Shown here one piece after another: positions 1-12,563 of a stretch of 64,000 nucleotides of DNA. Numbering within the stretch: position 1 is the stretch's first letter; every line of letters begins with the position of its first letter. The translations under genes were made by a program, and so were the position numbers. The notes under the pieces are model-generated. The model did no database searches. It was not told where the DNA came from and worked only from the letters and a program-made list of their open reading frames with translations. The stretch comes from Vitrella brassicaformis CCMP3155 (lineage: Eukaryota; Protista; Chromerida), in assembly GCA_001179505.1 (NCBI GenBank), contig CDMY01000294.1, positions 1 through 64,000 on the forward strand, given 5' to 3'.

Positions 1-557
1 CATGGATTGTGTCCATGGGATTGTGTGTCGGTCGCCTTGATTGTGTGGCTGGCCTCGCACCCGTGGCTACCTTTTGGCGATGCATTCGTGTCGTCGCCAT
101 CCGCCAGCAGCGGCCCTTTTGCCTCGGTCAGACTCTCAGCGAGCAGGTCCTTGAGCGACCCGCGCGTGAAGCTGATGCACTGACGCATGGGGTCATCGTC
201 CACACATGCGCCGCCGCGAGGACTCAAGGGGGCGGGAGAAGGAACGCAGTCCTCCTGGGATGCGCTGCAGCCCTGCAACATCCCCAGTGGATTCGGTCCG
301 CGAGTGAAGGCGTCCCGCGGCGACTGGAGTCGAGCCATTGTGCTACTGCTGATCGGTGTGTAGACTTCTTGTTGATGGGAGTTAGGGTAAGAAGAGTGCC
401 TAAAACAATAGAGGGAGGGAGGGCCGCCTCTTGGACACTGACGATGAATGATGGCGTCTCAATGCACGCGGGAAACCGCCAGCTTGGCGAGATTCTCGCG
501 ACGAGGAGACAAACCGCCCATCCAAGCGGCGGAACTTCGTGCCTTTTGTTTCTCAGG

Positions 558-1510
558 CGTCAATTTCGCTGGACTGTCTTAGCTCCGGGCAGCCACAAGC
601 GGCAGCATCAGAGGACCATCCGGCCAGTGACGCCCCACCGGCCCGGCGAGAGGCTACCGCGCAGGAGGCCGTGACACTGCGGCAGGAGCAGTAGCAGACT
701 GTTGACGTTGTGTGCCTGCCTGTATGTTGCCGTCGTTCGCAGCGCATTGCATATCCTCCCGTTTGCTGCATCTGCCCTCTGCGTGCTGCGTGTTGCGTGT
801 CCGGGTTGCATGTTCGGGTGCGTGTTTTCATGTTGGACAGACCGACAGGGGACTTGGCCGCCAGGCCGCCTAGGGTGCTCTCTGAAACCGCTGCTGTTGA
901 CGACCATGAGGGGGCTCCCACTGCTCCCATGGCTGAGGAGCAAGTCAAAGGCCTACCACCTGGCCACCATCAAGATGGCGGGGTTGTCGGGTCAGCCGGG
1001 CTGCCAGCACTAATCGGCAGGGGATCGAGACAGCAGCAAAGTCGCCGGTGTCTCCTGTGCGAGTTCCGGCTTGCTCCAAGCGCAGCACACCCACCAAGCC
1101 GCGTACCAGCACTGTTACGAATGCCAAGCGGCCCGCACCCAAGCAGTCTGCGGCTCGGACAGTGCATACGACAGGCGATAGCTGCGGCGACCTGCAGCGT
1201 CCTGCGTTGCTTACACCCAATCGCATGCCATCGCAGCAGCACTTGGGAGGGGCCGCCCACGACAGGGCTTGTCAGCCGAAGCGCAACTTCATAAAGGAGA
1301 ACATGCTGGCTGTGTCAAAGCGGGGCGAGAAGGGTGAACAGGAGACTGGTGCTGGCGCAAGGTACGTCAGCCACTGCATTCCACCCACGCCGATGGATAA
1401 TCAGTCAGAAAAGGAAGGAGGCCGACCCGCACACATACCTGACCTGCATGTGTTGTGCGTAATTGGCTTGTGCCTGCAGGGTGCGCACGAGGCCGGCGGG
1501 CACCAAATGA
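558..1510 (+). CDS. Probable exons of a low-complexity hypothetical protein (model unresolved)
   Basis: Acceptor-like sites at 557/848, protein-like frames (ASEDHPASDAPPARREATAQE; KRNFIKENMLAVSKRGEK), donor at ~1362, stop at 1508-1510. I could not reconcile the frames between exons. Confidence 0.3.
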
Positions 1511-2056
1511 CAAGAGATCTGATGCGCGGTGGTGGACAGATGGATGGACGGCTGTCGCGGTGTGATGCGAGTCGGGTCGGTGGTGTGATACGAGTGGCCT
1601 CCTCTGGCGGACTGACTAGCTTGGCTTGGTGGATCTGTGTGTGAGCGTGACTCGTGTGTGCGTATGACTGACTGACGGGGACCCACTGACTGACTTGTGC
1701 GTGCCGTACATCCGTGTGAATGATGCAGACATATTCATGAGGAAAGCAAAGCAGGGAGGGAGGGAGAGAGGCAACAGACCGGTAGGAGGTGTGCAAAGAC
1801 AGAGAGAGAGGGAGAGGGGAGGGGCACCTGCCTGATGTTGACTTGATGTAGATAATCATGTGTGCAGGCCGTGTTGATTGATATTGGCCAGACAGGACCA
1901 TGCTCAACTTGTCGCTCAGCTTGTCTTTCAGGCACGGCTGCAGTGCAGCTTGACTTGGCTGCCCTGCCACTTGTCATTCATCTCATCTATCACTGCTGTC
2001 ACAGTGATAGTACACGCACTTGCAGATCAGATCCCTCCGCCCGTCGAATGCATTCA

Positions 2057-3462
2057 TCACACCCTCGTAGCACCTGCACACACATGCGACACACATGGGC
2101 AAGCACCCACTCCATGTGCATATGGCTACCTTTGAGCATTGGTCGGTGTCTGGTGACGCGGCCGCTCATCTTTTTCTGGCCCACCAGCACATTCGGGACG
2201 TACCCGCTCGCCCTGAAGACACCAACACACAGACAGAACAGACACCCAGCGCCATGTCGCCTGCGAGTGTGAGGCATACGCACATGTATGAGAAGAGAGG
2301 CTCGGCGGCACCGCTCTTGGCGTCGAAGAGTGCTGCGTATTTGGACTTTGTCTGCTGCAGCTGTGTGGCCATGTCAGGGTCATCTTGCTCATCGACAGGC
2401 TGCCACTGATTCTGCAGCACGATCCCGCCAGGCTTGAGAGAGCGCTCAACCTAACACAACAGACATTGGATGGACGACGACATGATGTCTTCTCTATTGA
2501 GCTTCTTCCGTCCCACCAGGCCGAGGAACTCCGTGTCTCTGCATTGTTCTGGCACATGGTTGTCCTGCTTGAAGCAGTCCACGATTACAGCATCGTACAC
2601 CTGTACGTGTAGCAAGAGACACAGGAAACTTTCGTCCATCCATTCGTCCATCCATCCATCTGTCCCTGCCTGGTTGTTTGTGTCTCTGAGGGCGTCGACG
2701 CCTGTCTTGACATAGATGGTGCCGCCGGGCGACGGCTTCAGGCCAAAAAAGTGCTTCGCCACCGACACAACCCCTGCACAACCGACACACGGGAACACAC
2801 GTATGGCGGGAGCCGGGAGAGGGATTTACTCTCGTCTGGTTCGACAGCATCGACTGTGAGGGATTTGCCGGCACAATCGATGCCAGACAGCGACGAGTAC
2901 AGCGCTGCATGCCATGCCACACACACCAAGACAGGGATGCGGATATATATGCAATCAATGTCTCCCTCTTTCTCGCTCACCTCCACCGCCCAGTCCGATC
3001 ACCATGACTCGTGGCTCGCCGTCCTTCGGTGTTCGTGTGTTGCAGTGTCCTCTCACGACTTCATACATGCGCTGGTACAGCAAGTTGGGCGGCGGCGAGT
3101 CGGCAGCTGCACCACACACATAGACAGAGACATAAAGAGGCCGCACTCACTCTGTGCGATGCCATGTGTGCTTACGGATTGTGCATTGGCATTCTTTGGC
3201 ACATCCGTTCTTTGGCACATCCGTCGGCCTGCTGGTCGCCGCCGAGCTGGCATGAATTGAGGTCGAAGTCGCCCTCACACCTCACTGCTGTCTGCACGCC
3301 TGTTGGCGGCAGAAATGAGAGAAACCGCTCGTTGGTGTCTGTGTCTGCCTGGACCAGCACGGGGTATGGTTGTGTGTTGATGGTGCAGATGTCGACCAGA
3401 GACCCGTGAGTGGCCGTCAGGGAGAAGGCGAGCAGAGAGAGACACAAGGCGAGAGGCGACAT
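2057..3462 (-). CDS. Signal-peptide-bearing spermidine-synthase-like class I SAM-dependent methyltransferase (apparent 16-bp frameshift in exon 1)
   Basis: Spliced exons give MSPLALCLSLLAFSLTATHG (signal), PRVMVIGLGGG (SAM motif I), VDAVEPD, VAKHFFGL, YDAVIVDCF...VPEQCRDTEFL, GYVPNVLVGQK. Confidence 0.7.
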
Positions 3463-3841
3463 GACCGACGAGTGGATGGACAGATGGATGGCCAGATGGA
3501 TGTGAGGTGCTTTGGTTGATTCACACACTCGTCTGTCTGTGTCTCTCTCCCTCTCAGTCAGTCACATGTGCGATCGATGCAATCATGTATTCGTCCATGT
3601 ACATGTATTCACATGATCGATATCTCTCAGCTGATGTGTCTGGTGTGTGGTGTGTGGTGTGCCCTCCCTCCCGGCCCCTCCCTCTATCCCTCACTCATTC
3701 ATTCCATTCACAGCACGCACACAATCACATCAGCACAAGCACAAACAATACAGACAAAACAAAACCGCTGGCTGCTGCATCGTCATCATCGAATTGTCAC
3801 GACCACAGGACACCCGTCCATCGACGAGGTAGGTCTCTTGA

Positions 3842-6800
3842 TTAAAAGTCGGCGTGTCCGGGGTATCTCGGGAATGGAATCACGTCGCGGATGTTGTCAA
3901 CACCAGTCACGAGCATGATCAACCTGACACACACACACACACACACACCCACAACCACAACCATACCACTCTCTCTCTCTCTCTGTCATCTGTGTGATCC
4001 GTGTGTGTGCCTGTGGGTGGCAGGTTCACCTTTCGAAGCCCAGCCCAAAGCCTGCGTGTGGGACGGAGCCGTACTTGCGCAAGTCACGATACCACCAGTA
4101 GCTCTCGAGGGGCAAGCCCTGCAGCCACACAGACACACACAGGGAGAGAGGACACACATCAATGCCGTTCGTGTGGGTGGGAGCTGACTCGGCGTGCGAT
4201 TGCTCACCATGTCCTTGATGCGTCTGTCCAGAACGTCTAGTCGTTCCTCCCTCTGCGACCCGCCGATGACCTCTCCGATTTTTGGCAGCAGGACGTCCAT
4301 GGCGGCCACCGTCCGGTCGTCATTATTCAGACGCATGTAAAACGCCTTTATCTCCTTCGGATAGTTGTAGACGGTGACGGGCTGCTTGTACACCTGCTCT
4401 GTCAGATAGCGCTCTGCACACACACACACACACAGACACACACACCAAGACAGCATTTCACGCCATCAATACGCCCCCCTGCAGTCAGTGCTCACCGTGT
4501 TCAGAGCCGAGGTCCATGCCCCACTGCTCGGGCTTCTCCTGGAACTTGCTCTTGTGCTTCTGTAGTGCACACACACAATACACGCACAACATACACACAA
4601 CATGCCTGGCTGTCTGGTCGATTGCTGGCGACATTCTCTCACTGACCTGTAGGATTTCGAATGCCTCTGTGTAGGTGATGCGGACAAACGGGCTATTGAC
4701 GATGTGACGCAGTCTGTCAACCAGGCCCTTCTCGACGCGCAAGTCAAAGAACTCCTGCAGCCATACAATACATGCCATGGACCCATGCACAACCACGCCA
4801 GTGCTCGTAAGTGTCGTGTGTCCATACGTCTCACTGGGGGTGAGAGTGTGTGTAGTGTGTAGCCCACCCCACCCACCCACGTACCAGGTCCGCCATGCAG
4901 TTGTCGAGTACCCACTGGACGCAGTATTTGACGTAGGCCTCCGCGCAGTCCATGTCTTGCTGCAAATCGGCAAAGGCCATCTCGGGCTCGATCATCCAAA
5001 ACTACACACACACACACCGCAGACACCCACAGCTTGTGTGTGTGCATGACGCCACTTGATCCATCCATCCACTCGGCTATCGTATTGACGTACGTACCTC
5101 AGCGAGGTGTCTGGAAGTGTTGGAATTCTCGGCTCTGAAGGTCGGCCCGAATGTGTAGACGTCGGACAACGCACACGCATAGTTCTGACACACAGGAGGG
5201 ATCACCGGCAGGCAAGGCAGGTGATGCGTGTGGCCCTCCCTGCGTTGTGATGTTTTCTGTCTGATCTGTTCGCATGGCTCAGTCACCTCGACAGCGAGCT
5301 GTCCGGAGACAGTGAGGAAGGCCGGCTTGCCGAAGAAGTCCTTCGAGTAGTCAATCCTACACAGAACACAACGCGCACACACACGTCACACGAATGAATG
5401 ATTGATGACTTCGGGGGCCGGCGGTCAGATGTCGGTGGGTTGTTTCCGCTCACTTTTGTTCCTTGTCGACTGGCGCATTGCCTTTCTCGCCCACCTTGGG
5501 CAGCACAGTCGTCACCTTCTCACACACCACACACCACACCACACCAAACACACCACACCAAACACACCACACCAAACACACCACACCAAACACACCACAC
5601 CAAACACACCACATTGCAGCAAAACAGCCACTGGATCCTCCCTCCCTCTCTCCGCCCTGTCTGTTTGTCTGTCGATCTGTCTGTCTGTCTGTCTGTCTGT
5701 CTGTCCCACCTGGAACATCTCTCCTGCCCCCTCGCAGTCACAGCACGTGATAAGAGGGGTGTGGATGTACAGAAACCCACGGTCCTGCAGACAACACGAG
5801 AGGCCATTCGTCAATAATATATGGTGTGGGGTTGTTAATTCTGTCCATGCCATCCATGTATCTGATCTGATCTGTACCTGGAAGAATCGGTGTGTGGCCA
5901 TGGCGAGGGCAGACCTCACACGGGCGACGGCGCCAATCAGGTTGGACCGAGGACGCAAGTGGCTGGCAGCACGCACAACAGACGACAGGAAGGACGGTCG
6001 GTGCGCAACTCTTGTGCATCTTCCCAATGTGGCTGTCTCGCTCACCCGATCTCTCTCAGGAATTCCCGCGAGTGCTGCTTCTTGGAGAGGGGGTACGCAC
6101 CCGCGTCCGCCTCTGTGACGAAAGAAACGGCACGCAACACATATGCCATGCCGTGGGTGGCGCCACCTCATTTCTCTCTGTGTGTGTGTGTGTATTCCTG
6201 ACCTCCGAGGATGGTCATTGTGTGTGCGTTGGGGTCCTTGACGGCCAGCTCCACAGCCTGACCCTTGGCAGGAGACTCGACAATCGTACCCACAAATCTG
6301 CACACCACACCACACCACATCACATCATGTCACACAACGTCGACCACTGACACATTCCCCCATCTCTCCGTGTGGGGTACCTGAAGCTGCACCCAGCGCC
6401 GCATTTGAGTAGCTTGTCGAATCCCGCGACGGCCTTGTCGACGACGACCTGCAGGCTCTTGAGGCAGGAGCCGTCGTTGAGTTCGACGAAGCAGAAGGTG
6501 CCGCCGCCCTGCTTGCGGATGGTGCGGCTCCACCCACACACGGTGATGAGCTTCCCAACCCACGACGCACCCATGTCCTCAGACGCAACCAACACACTCA
6601 CGCGCACTCGGCCACCGAAGCTGCAGACAGCACCCGACGCAATCGACTCACTGCACCCCGTCGCTTTGCCCTTGGGTCTGTCTGTATTCACCTGAAGCTG
6701 GCTTGTGGAACCTTGTGGTTCGTGTCCTGTATGAGGCCGGCGACGGCACTAGGGCCATCCGCCGCAAAGGGGGTCGATCCAGTGCCGTTGGTCACGAGGG

Positions 6801-7150
6801 TGCCGTTGGCCATCCCGATCCCGCCTACACCACTACCAGCAGCAGCGGCAGCAGCAGGAGCAACAGGGACGGGAGCCGCTGCTGCTGCTGCTGCTGCTGA
6901 TGGCTTGGATGGCTTGGCCGACGGCTGGCTCGTGGGCGCAAGGGCCGCTGCAGCAGTGGAGGCAGCGGCGGCAGGTGCTGGCTCGTCATCAAACTGACAC
7001 ATGATAAGACAATCTGCTGGTGAGAGGGGTAGAGAGGAAGTGTGGGTGGTGTTGATTCCCTACCTGTGGTGCCCAGTGCAATACGGTGTTGAACCAGCGG
7101 AACACACAGGGGTAGTCCTTCCGCCGCTCGGCCTCCAGGTACTGACAACA

Positions 7151-7182
<32 letters not shown>

Positions 7183-8185
7183 GTGAGAAGCCATCCATCC
7201 ATCCATCCATCCATTGGTGGTCCAGTCGTCGCGTCAGTCGAGTCAGTCAGTTACGTACCTTGAAGAGCTCGTATGCGGAGAAGGACAGCGAGATGTCCGC
7301 TATGGTGAGGGTGTAGCCCACAAGAAATGTCCGCGGACGCATGTGCTCGTTCAAATACTCTGAGTCACAGCACAGCAGCACACCCATTGCACAAACCAAA
7401 TGCTCTCACCCATGGGTGGTCGGCCACTCACCCAGTAGTTTCTTGACCTCGTCTGAGGCCGCCAGCCGCCTCAGGACGGCCTGCCCCCGCGCACTGTCGC
7501 TCTGTGACGGCTGCTTCTTGGCCTGCTCGACGTGGTAGGTGCGGAGGAGGTAGTCGACGTGCTTGTCGGTCCAGTCGAGCCACTGGTCCACCTCAGCCTG
7601 CAACACCCACCACCATGGACAACTTTTCTTGTGTGTGTGTGCGTGTGTGTGTGTGTGTGTGTGTGGTTACCGTGTTGGCGAAGGTCTCGCCATAGAGCTG
7701 CTTGCTGGGCATCACACCAGCAACTGACAAATAGGGAAAAGAGCCACACAACAGCGATATGTCGTCATCGCACCGCCCACCCACTCACTCACCGTATCTG
7801 AGGATGCTGTTGACGTACGACAGCTCGTAACCATCAGGAAGCTCCAGCTTCGGGATCTGTGTCACAATAGACGACAGAACGACACGCAAAATTCCACCCT
7901 CCTCAGTTACACTGATCGTGTCACAGCAACACACATGACCGTACCTCGAAGCCGCCGGTGGACTGAGTCAGTGACGAGGCGGTCGGCGCCGCCGGTGGCT
8001 CCACCTCCACTGCCAGACCGACATAACGCGCCGCTGACAAGATCTTGCGGGCGGCCAGACTGCCCGCACTCGCTCGAAGCTTCTGAAGCAAGCAATCATA
8101 CATAGGCAGAGAGAGAGGGTGACACACTGACTGACATGGATGTCTGGTAAGTAATGCTTGTGTGTCCTCTGCTTGCACCCACCAT
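3842..8185 (-). CDS. asnS: Asparaginyl-tRNA synthetase 1, probably cytosolic, with N-terminal GST-like domain
   Basis: Exons give [111 protein letters not shown]. The 5' exons give [23 protein letters not shown] and [11 protein letters not shown] (GST C-terminal-like). Confidence 0.95.
5521..5612. repeat. Intronic minisatellite, 14-bp unit CCAAACACACCACA about 5 times
   Basis: Read directly in an AsnRS1 intron. Confidence 0.85.
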
Positions 8186-8518
8186 TGTCGTGTTTCTGTT
8201 GATCGGGCCAGCCAGTCAAGATCTCCCACTCATGGATAAACAGCCTTCGCACGAAAGCTGTTTCGTCTCGAATTAAACAACGCCTTGGCACCAGCGACAG
8301 CAGAACACGTCCAGTCCCCTGTCGTTTGGGGTTTTCTCCTATGCGAGCTACGCTTGCAGCGCTCGCATGGTCTTCGAGCTTGTTTGTGGTAGAAGGGAGT
8401 GCAGAGGCCTTGGATATCACCGAGGAAGGGCACCTGGATCTGCAGCTTTTGGTAGACAGGCCACAGAGGTGCGTTGAGATCATATCTTGGTCTTCAGCGG
8501 CTGCCGGCCTTCTCCGCC
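8186..8518. promoter_or_regulatory. Probable bidirectional promoter between AsnRS1 and CRY-DASH
   Basis: The divergent ATGs (8185 and 8519) are 333 bp apart. The region contains two short inverted repeats (8238-8263, 8341-8368) and TGCGAGCT. Confidence 0.5.
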
Positions 8519-11500
8519 ATGTCAGTCCTCATTGTGCTCTTCCGCAACGACCTCCGCCTCCACGTAAGCACACTGCAAGGCAAGGAGCCACACACTACAC
8601 TGGGCTGGCTGATCCCTGTGCATTGATTGCAATACAGGACAACGAGGTGTTGCAGAGGGCTGTGTCGTCAGCCGCCGACCACGTCCTCCCCCTCTACTGG
8701 TGGGCACATAGACATGCAGGCCATGCAGGCCTTGGCACACACAGTCAGACGGGCTGTCATCTGGTCTGGCTGGCCATGGTGTGGTGTGTGACGATTATCA
8801 GTTTTGACCCCCGCCACTTTGCCAAGACGCACTGGTTCGGTTTCCCCCGTGTGTCGCCGCTGCGGTACCGCTTCCTCACGCAGAGCGTCTCGGACCTGCA
8901 GAAGAACCTCAGGAACAGGGGCAGTGGTGAGTGAGTGTGATGGAGATGGATGGCCACCACCCCATGTCATGTGTGTGTTGTGTGCCTGTGTGATGGGATG
9001 GCTGTGTGGTGTGCGGGTGCAGGTTTGTTGGTTCGCGTTGGGGCGCCTGAGGAGGTGGTGCCTGCGTTGGCCAAGCAGCTGGGTGGCAGTGCGACAGTCA
9101 AGGGCGTCCACCTGCATGAAGAGATCTGTGTAGGCAGGGGAGAGACAAGAGAAGCCACACCACAACAAACAGTAGCTAGCTATCGCTTCACGTCTTTCCT
9201 CCCTCTCTCGATGTGTGGGTGGGCGGATGCAGAGTGAGGAGCGGGGCGTTGAGCGGAGCCTGGCGTCAGAGCTGAAGGGACTCGGCATCCCCATCACCAA
9301 GTCAGCGAGACCTGTGGTGCTGGTCCTCACACTCCCACCCACCATCCCCTGTCTGTCTGTCTGTCTGTCTGTCTGTCTGCACACATCTATCTATCTTATC
9401 TCAAGGTGTTGGGGCAGCACCCTCGTCCACCGAGACGACCTGCCCTTCCCACCCACGCAGTTGCCAGACGTCTACACGCAGTTCCGCAAACGAGTCGAGT
9501 CGTCATGCGACATCTGCCCCGTTGTGGAGCTGCCCCAGCAGCTCAAGCCCCTCCCGCCAGCCATCGCAGCCGAGGAGGCCGCCAGCGCCGTCCCGCCCGC
9601 ATCGCAGTTTGGCATCAGCGAGGCTCCTGTGGACCAGAGGGGGGTTTTGCCGTTTCAGGGAGGGGAGACCGCCGCACTCAGCCGTCTGGACGGTGAGAGA
9701 CCAGCCTGTTGGGAAACTTGTCCTGTGGTGTCCATCTGTGGTGGCGCGCGTGTGTTGTGTTGTGTTTGCGTGTTGTGCAGAGTATTTCTTCAAGGCTGAC
9801 TGCTTGAAGGACTACAAGCAGACGAGGAACGGGCTGGTGGGTGCCAACTACAGCAGCAAGTTCTCCCCCTGGCTGGCACTGGGCTGTCTGTCGCCCCGAC
9901 ACGTCTACCACAAGGTCAAGGAATACGAGAGGCAGCGAGTCGCCAACGACAGCACGGTGAGGGGAGAGACCGACATGCATAATACACACACCCACTCACG
10001 AACGAAGACACATGCGGGCGCTGGCTGAATGTGGGAGTGGAGTGCCTCCTCATCGTGCGCCTGGATGTCTGTCTGTCTGTCTGTCTGCAGTACTGGTTGA
10101 TTTTCGAGTTGCTCTGGCGCGACTACTTCAAGTTTATCGGCGTCAAGTTCGGCACCAAGCTGTTCCAGGCGGACGGTAAGCCTTCCAATCACACAAACAC
10201 CATACAACAAATGCGCACAGTGTCTGTGCTGTGCTGTGCTGTGGATGCACCGCGTTGCCCCCTCCCTCCCTCCCTCCCTGTGTCAGGTCTCATGGGCAAG
10301 CAGGTCAAATGGCGCACCAACCGAAACGCGTTCGAGGTACACACACACACACACACACACACACAGGGGGTATATTTTTGCGTGTTGGTCAGGCCTGGCG
10401 CGACGGGCGCACTGGTGTGCCTTTCATCGACGCCAACATGCGTGAGCTGCGGGCGACGGGCTACATGAGCAACAGGGGCAGGCAGAACGTCGCCTCGTTC
10501 CTCACGAAGGACCTCACCCTCGACTGGCGCCTGGGGGCGGAGGTGTTCGAGGCAGAGCTGCTGGATCACGAGCCAACCGCCAACTACGGTGCGGTGAGGG
10601 GGAAGGAGGATGNNNNNNNNNNNNNNNNNNNNNNNNNNNNNNNNNNNNNNNNNNNNNNNNNNNNNNNNNNNNNNNNNNNNNNNNNNNNNNNNNNNNNNNN
10701 NNNNNNNNNNNNNNNNNNNNNNNNNNNNNNNNNNNNNNNNNNNNNNNNNNNNNNNNNNNNNNNNNNNNNNNNNNNNNNNNNNNNNNNNNNNNNNNNNNNN
10801 NNNNNNNNNNNNNNNNNNNNNNNNNNNNNNNNNNNNNNNNNNNNNNNNNNNNNNNNNNNNNNNNNNNNNNNNNNNNNNNNNNNNNNNNNNNNNNNNNNNN
10901 NNNNNNNNNNNNGGGGATGGGGCGGGCGGGAGGGGGTGAGATTGGTCTGGTCTTCTATCTATATGGCTGGCCTGGCTGCAGGCAACTGGAACTACGCTGC
11001 GGGCATCGGCAACGATCCGCGTGAGGACCGCAAGTTCAACATCATCAAGCAGGCCATGGACTATGACCCCAACGGCGAGTACGTCAAGCTGTGGTGCCCT
11101 GAGCTTACACACATACCGGTGAGGCGCATGCCATGGACGGTGTGGTGTGTACCATCCACCCACCCACCCATCCGTGTGTGTGTGTGTGTGCAGAGCCCCA
11201 AGTGTCACTGCCCCTGGACACTCACCCCCGCCGAGCAGCAGCAATACAACTGCAGCATCGGTCAGTCAGGCCCCCTCGCCCACCTCACACACACACATAC
11301 ACACACTTAACGGCATAGATGTGTGGATATATGGCTGTGTGCAGGTGAGGACTACCCCAACGCCATTTACGTGGACGGCAGCTGGCGCACACACCAGGAC
11401 AGGCGCCCGCCTCAGTCGAGCGGCGGTGATTCCTACTACGCCAAACGGTCCAATGTGGGCCGCGCAAGCAATGGCCGGGGAGGGGGGAGGGGAGGGGGCG

Positions 11501-11577
11501 GCCAGCAGCAGCAGCAGCAGCAGGACAACAACGGCGGTGGGAAGGGCAACGAGAGGAGATACAAGGTCAGGGAGTAG
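8519..11577 (+). CDS. CRY-DASH: Cryptochrome DASH (photolyase family)
   Basis: [118 protein letters not shown]. Gly/Arg/Gln-rich tail. An N gap lies inside an intron. Confidence 0.93.
10613..10912. other. Assembly gap (300 N)
   Basis: Run of n inside a CRY-DASH intron. Confidence 0.99.
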
Positions 11578-11908
11578 TTAGCTGGGGTGTATGTGGTGTG
11601 GTATGTGGTGTGGTGTGGTGTGGTGGTGTACAGTCTCATCTATCTCCCATCCATGGTGGCCTGGCCTGCCAGGCAGCTCAGCTAGCTGGGTGGGGGTGTG
11701 TTGATATCACAATGAATGGTGTGTGCGGATACTGCATGTCCGGACTGACCTGACTGAGAGACAGGGCCGCAAAGCGGCGCTTTGTCGACGACTTGTGTGT
11801 CTTCCTTCGTCGATACGTGAGTGGTCATTTGCTGGTTGGAACTTTGCCACAGGGGTCCATCTATTCGATCATCGCCACATCCACAGGCACTTGTTTGTCC
11901 ATCCACCG

Positions 11909-12005
11909 ATCTTCACACACACAGATGCACAGATGCTCAGTCCCTCCCTCCCGCCAGCCGACATCAATGCACCCACACACTGCGCCACCATCCACGGGGG
12001 CACAT
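11909..12005 (+). repeat. Direct repeat copy 1 (~95 bp core)
   Basis: Near-identical to 13206-13300 (CAGATGCTCAGTCCCTCCCTCCCGCCAGCCGACATCAA...CACACTGCGCCACCAT.CACGGGGGCACAT). Confidence 0.9.
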
Positions 12006-12563
12006 ACGAGGGTGACACACTGTCGACTTAGAGAGACGAAATGAGCTGAAGGCGCGCAGGCGACACACCGTAGCAGCACGAGAGACAGAGAGGGCATGTG
12101 AACCCTTTCATGAAGCGCATTCACTCCGCTCCCTCCCTCTCCTCTCACGCACTCACTCGTGCACCCATGCAGGCACACGCCTCAGCCCATGATACAGCTC
12201 TGCCGCTACTAGCATCCAAGCATAGACAAACACACATACACACACATCACACAGACACACACACACACACACACACACGAGATGCACCCTGTCTCTGTCT
12301 CTTCACCAAACATCAAACAACACACACCACAGCAGGGCTGAAAAAGAGGGCCAAAAAGACAGCCAGACAGATACAGTACAGGCAGTGCACTGGGAAAATC
12401 ACAGACACGCAAATACACAGCAAATAACGTACATCAAATTGACGTACACTCGTTTGTGTCCATAGCACAGTCGTACAGTAAACTTATGGCACACGGATTA
12501 TGGCTGGAGGATGTATTACCCTCCACTTCACGTACAGGTGGCGCTGCTGCTACGCTACACCAG

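Noticed and set aside
1273-1320. KRNFIKENM as an enkurin-family motif
   Set aside because: The match is too short and the gene model is unresolved.
5521-5612. Regular repeats here and at 36581-36650 as a CRISPR-like array
   Set aside because: Head-to-tail units with no unique spacers, intronic, eukaryotic context.
5398-5817. ORFs rich in HT/CV/TDRQ repeats here and throughout the ORF track
   Set aside because: They are translations of intronic microsatellites.
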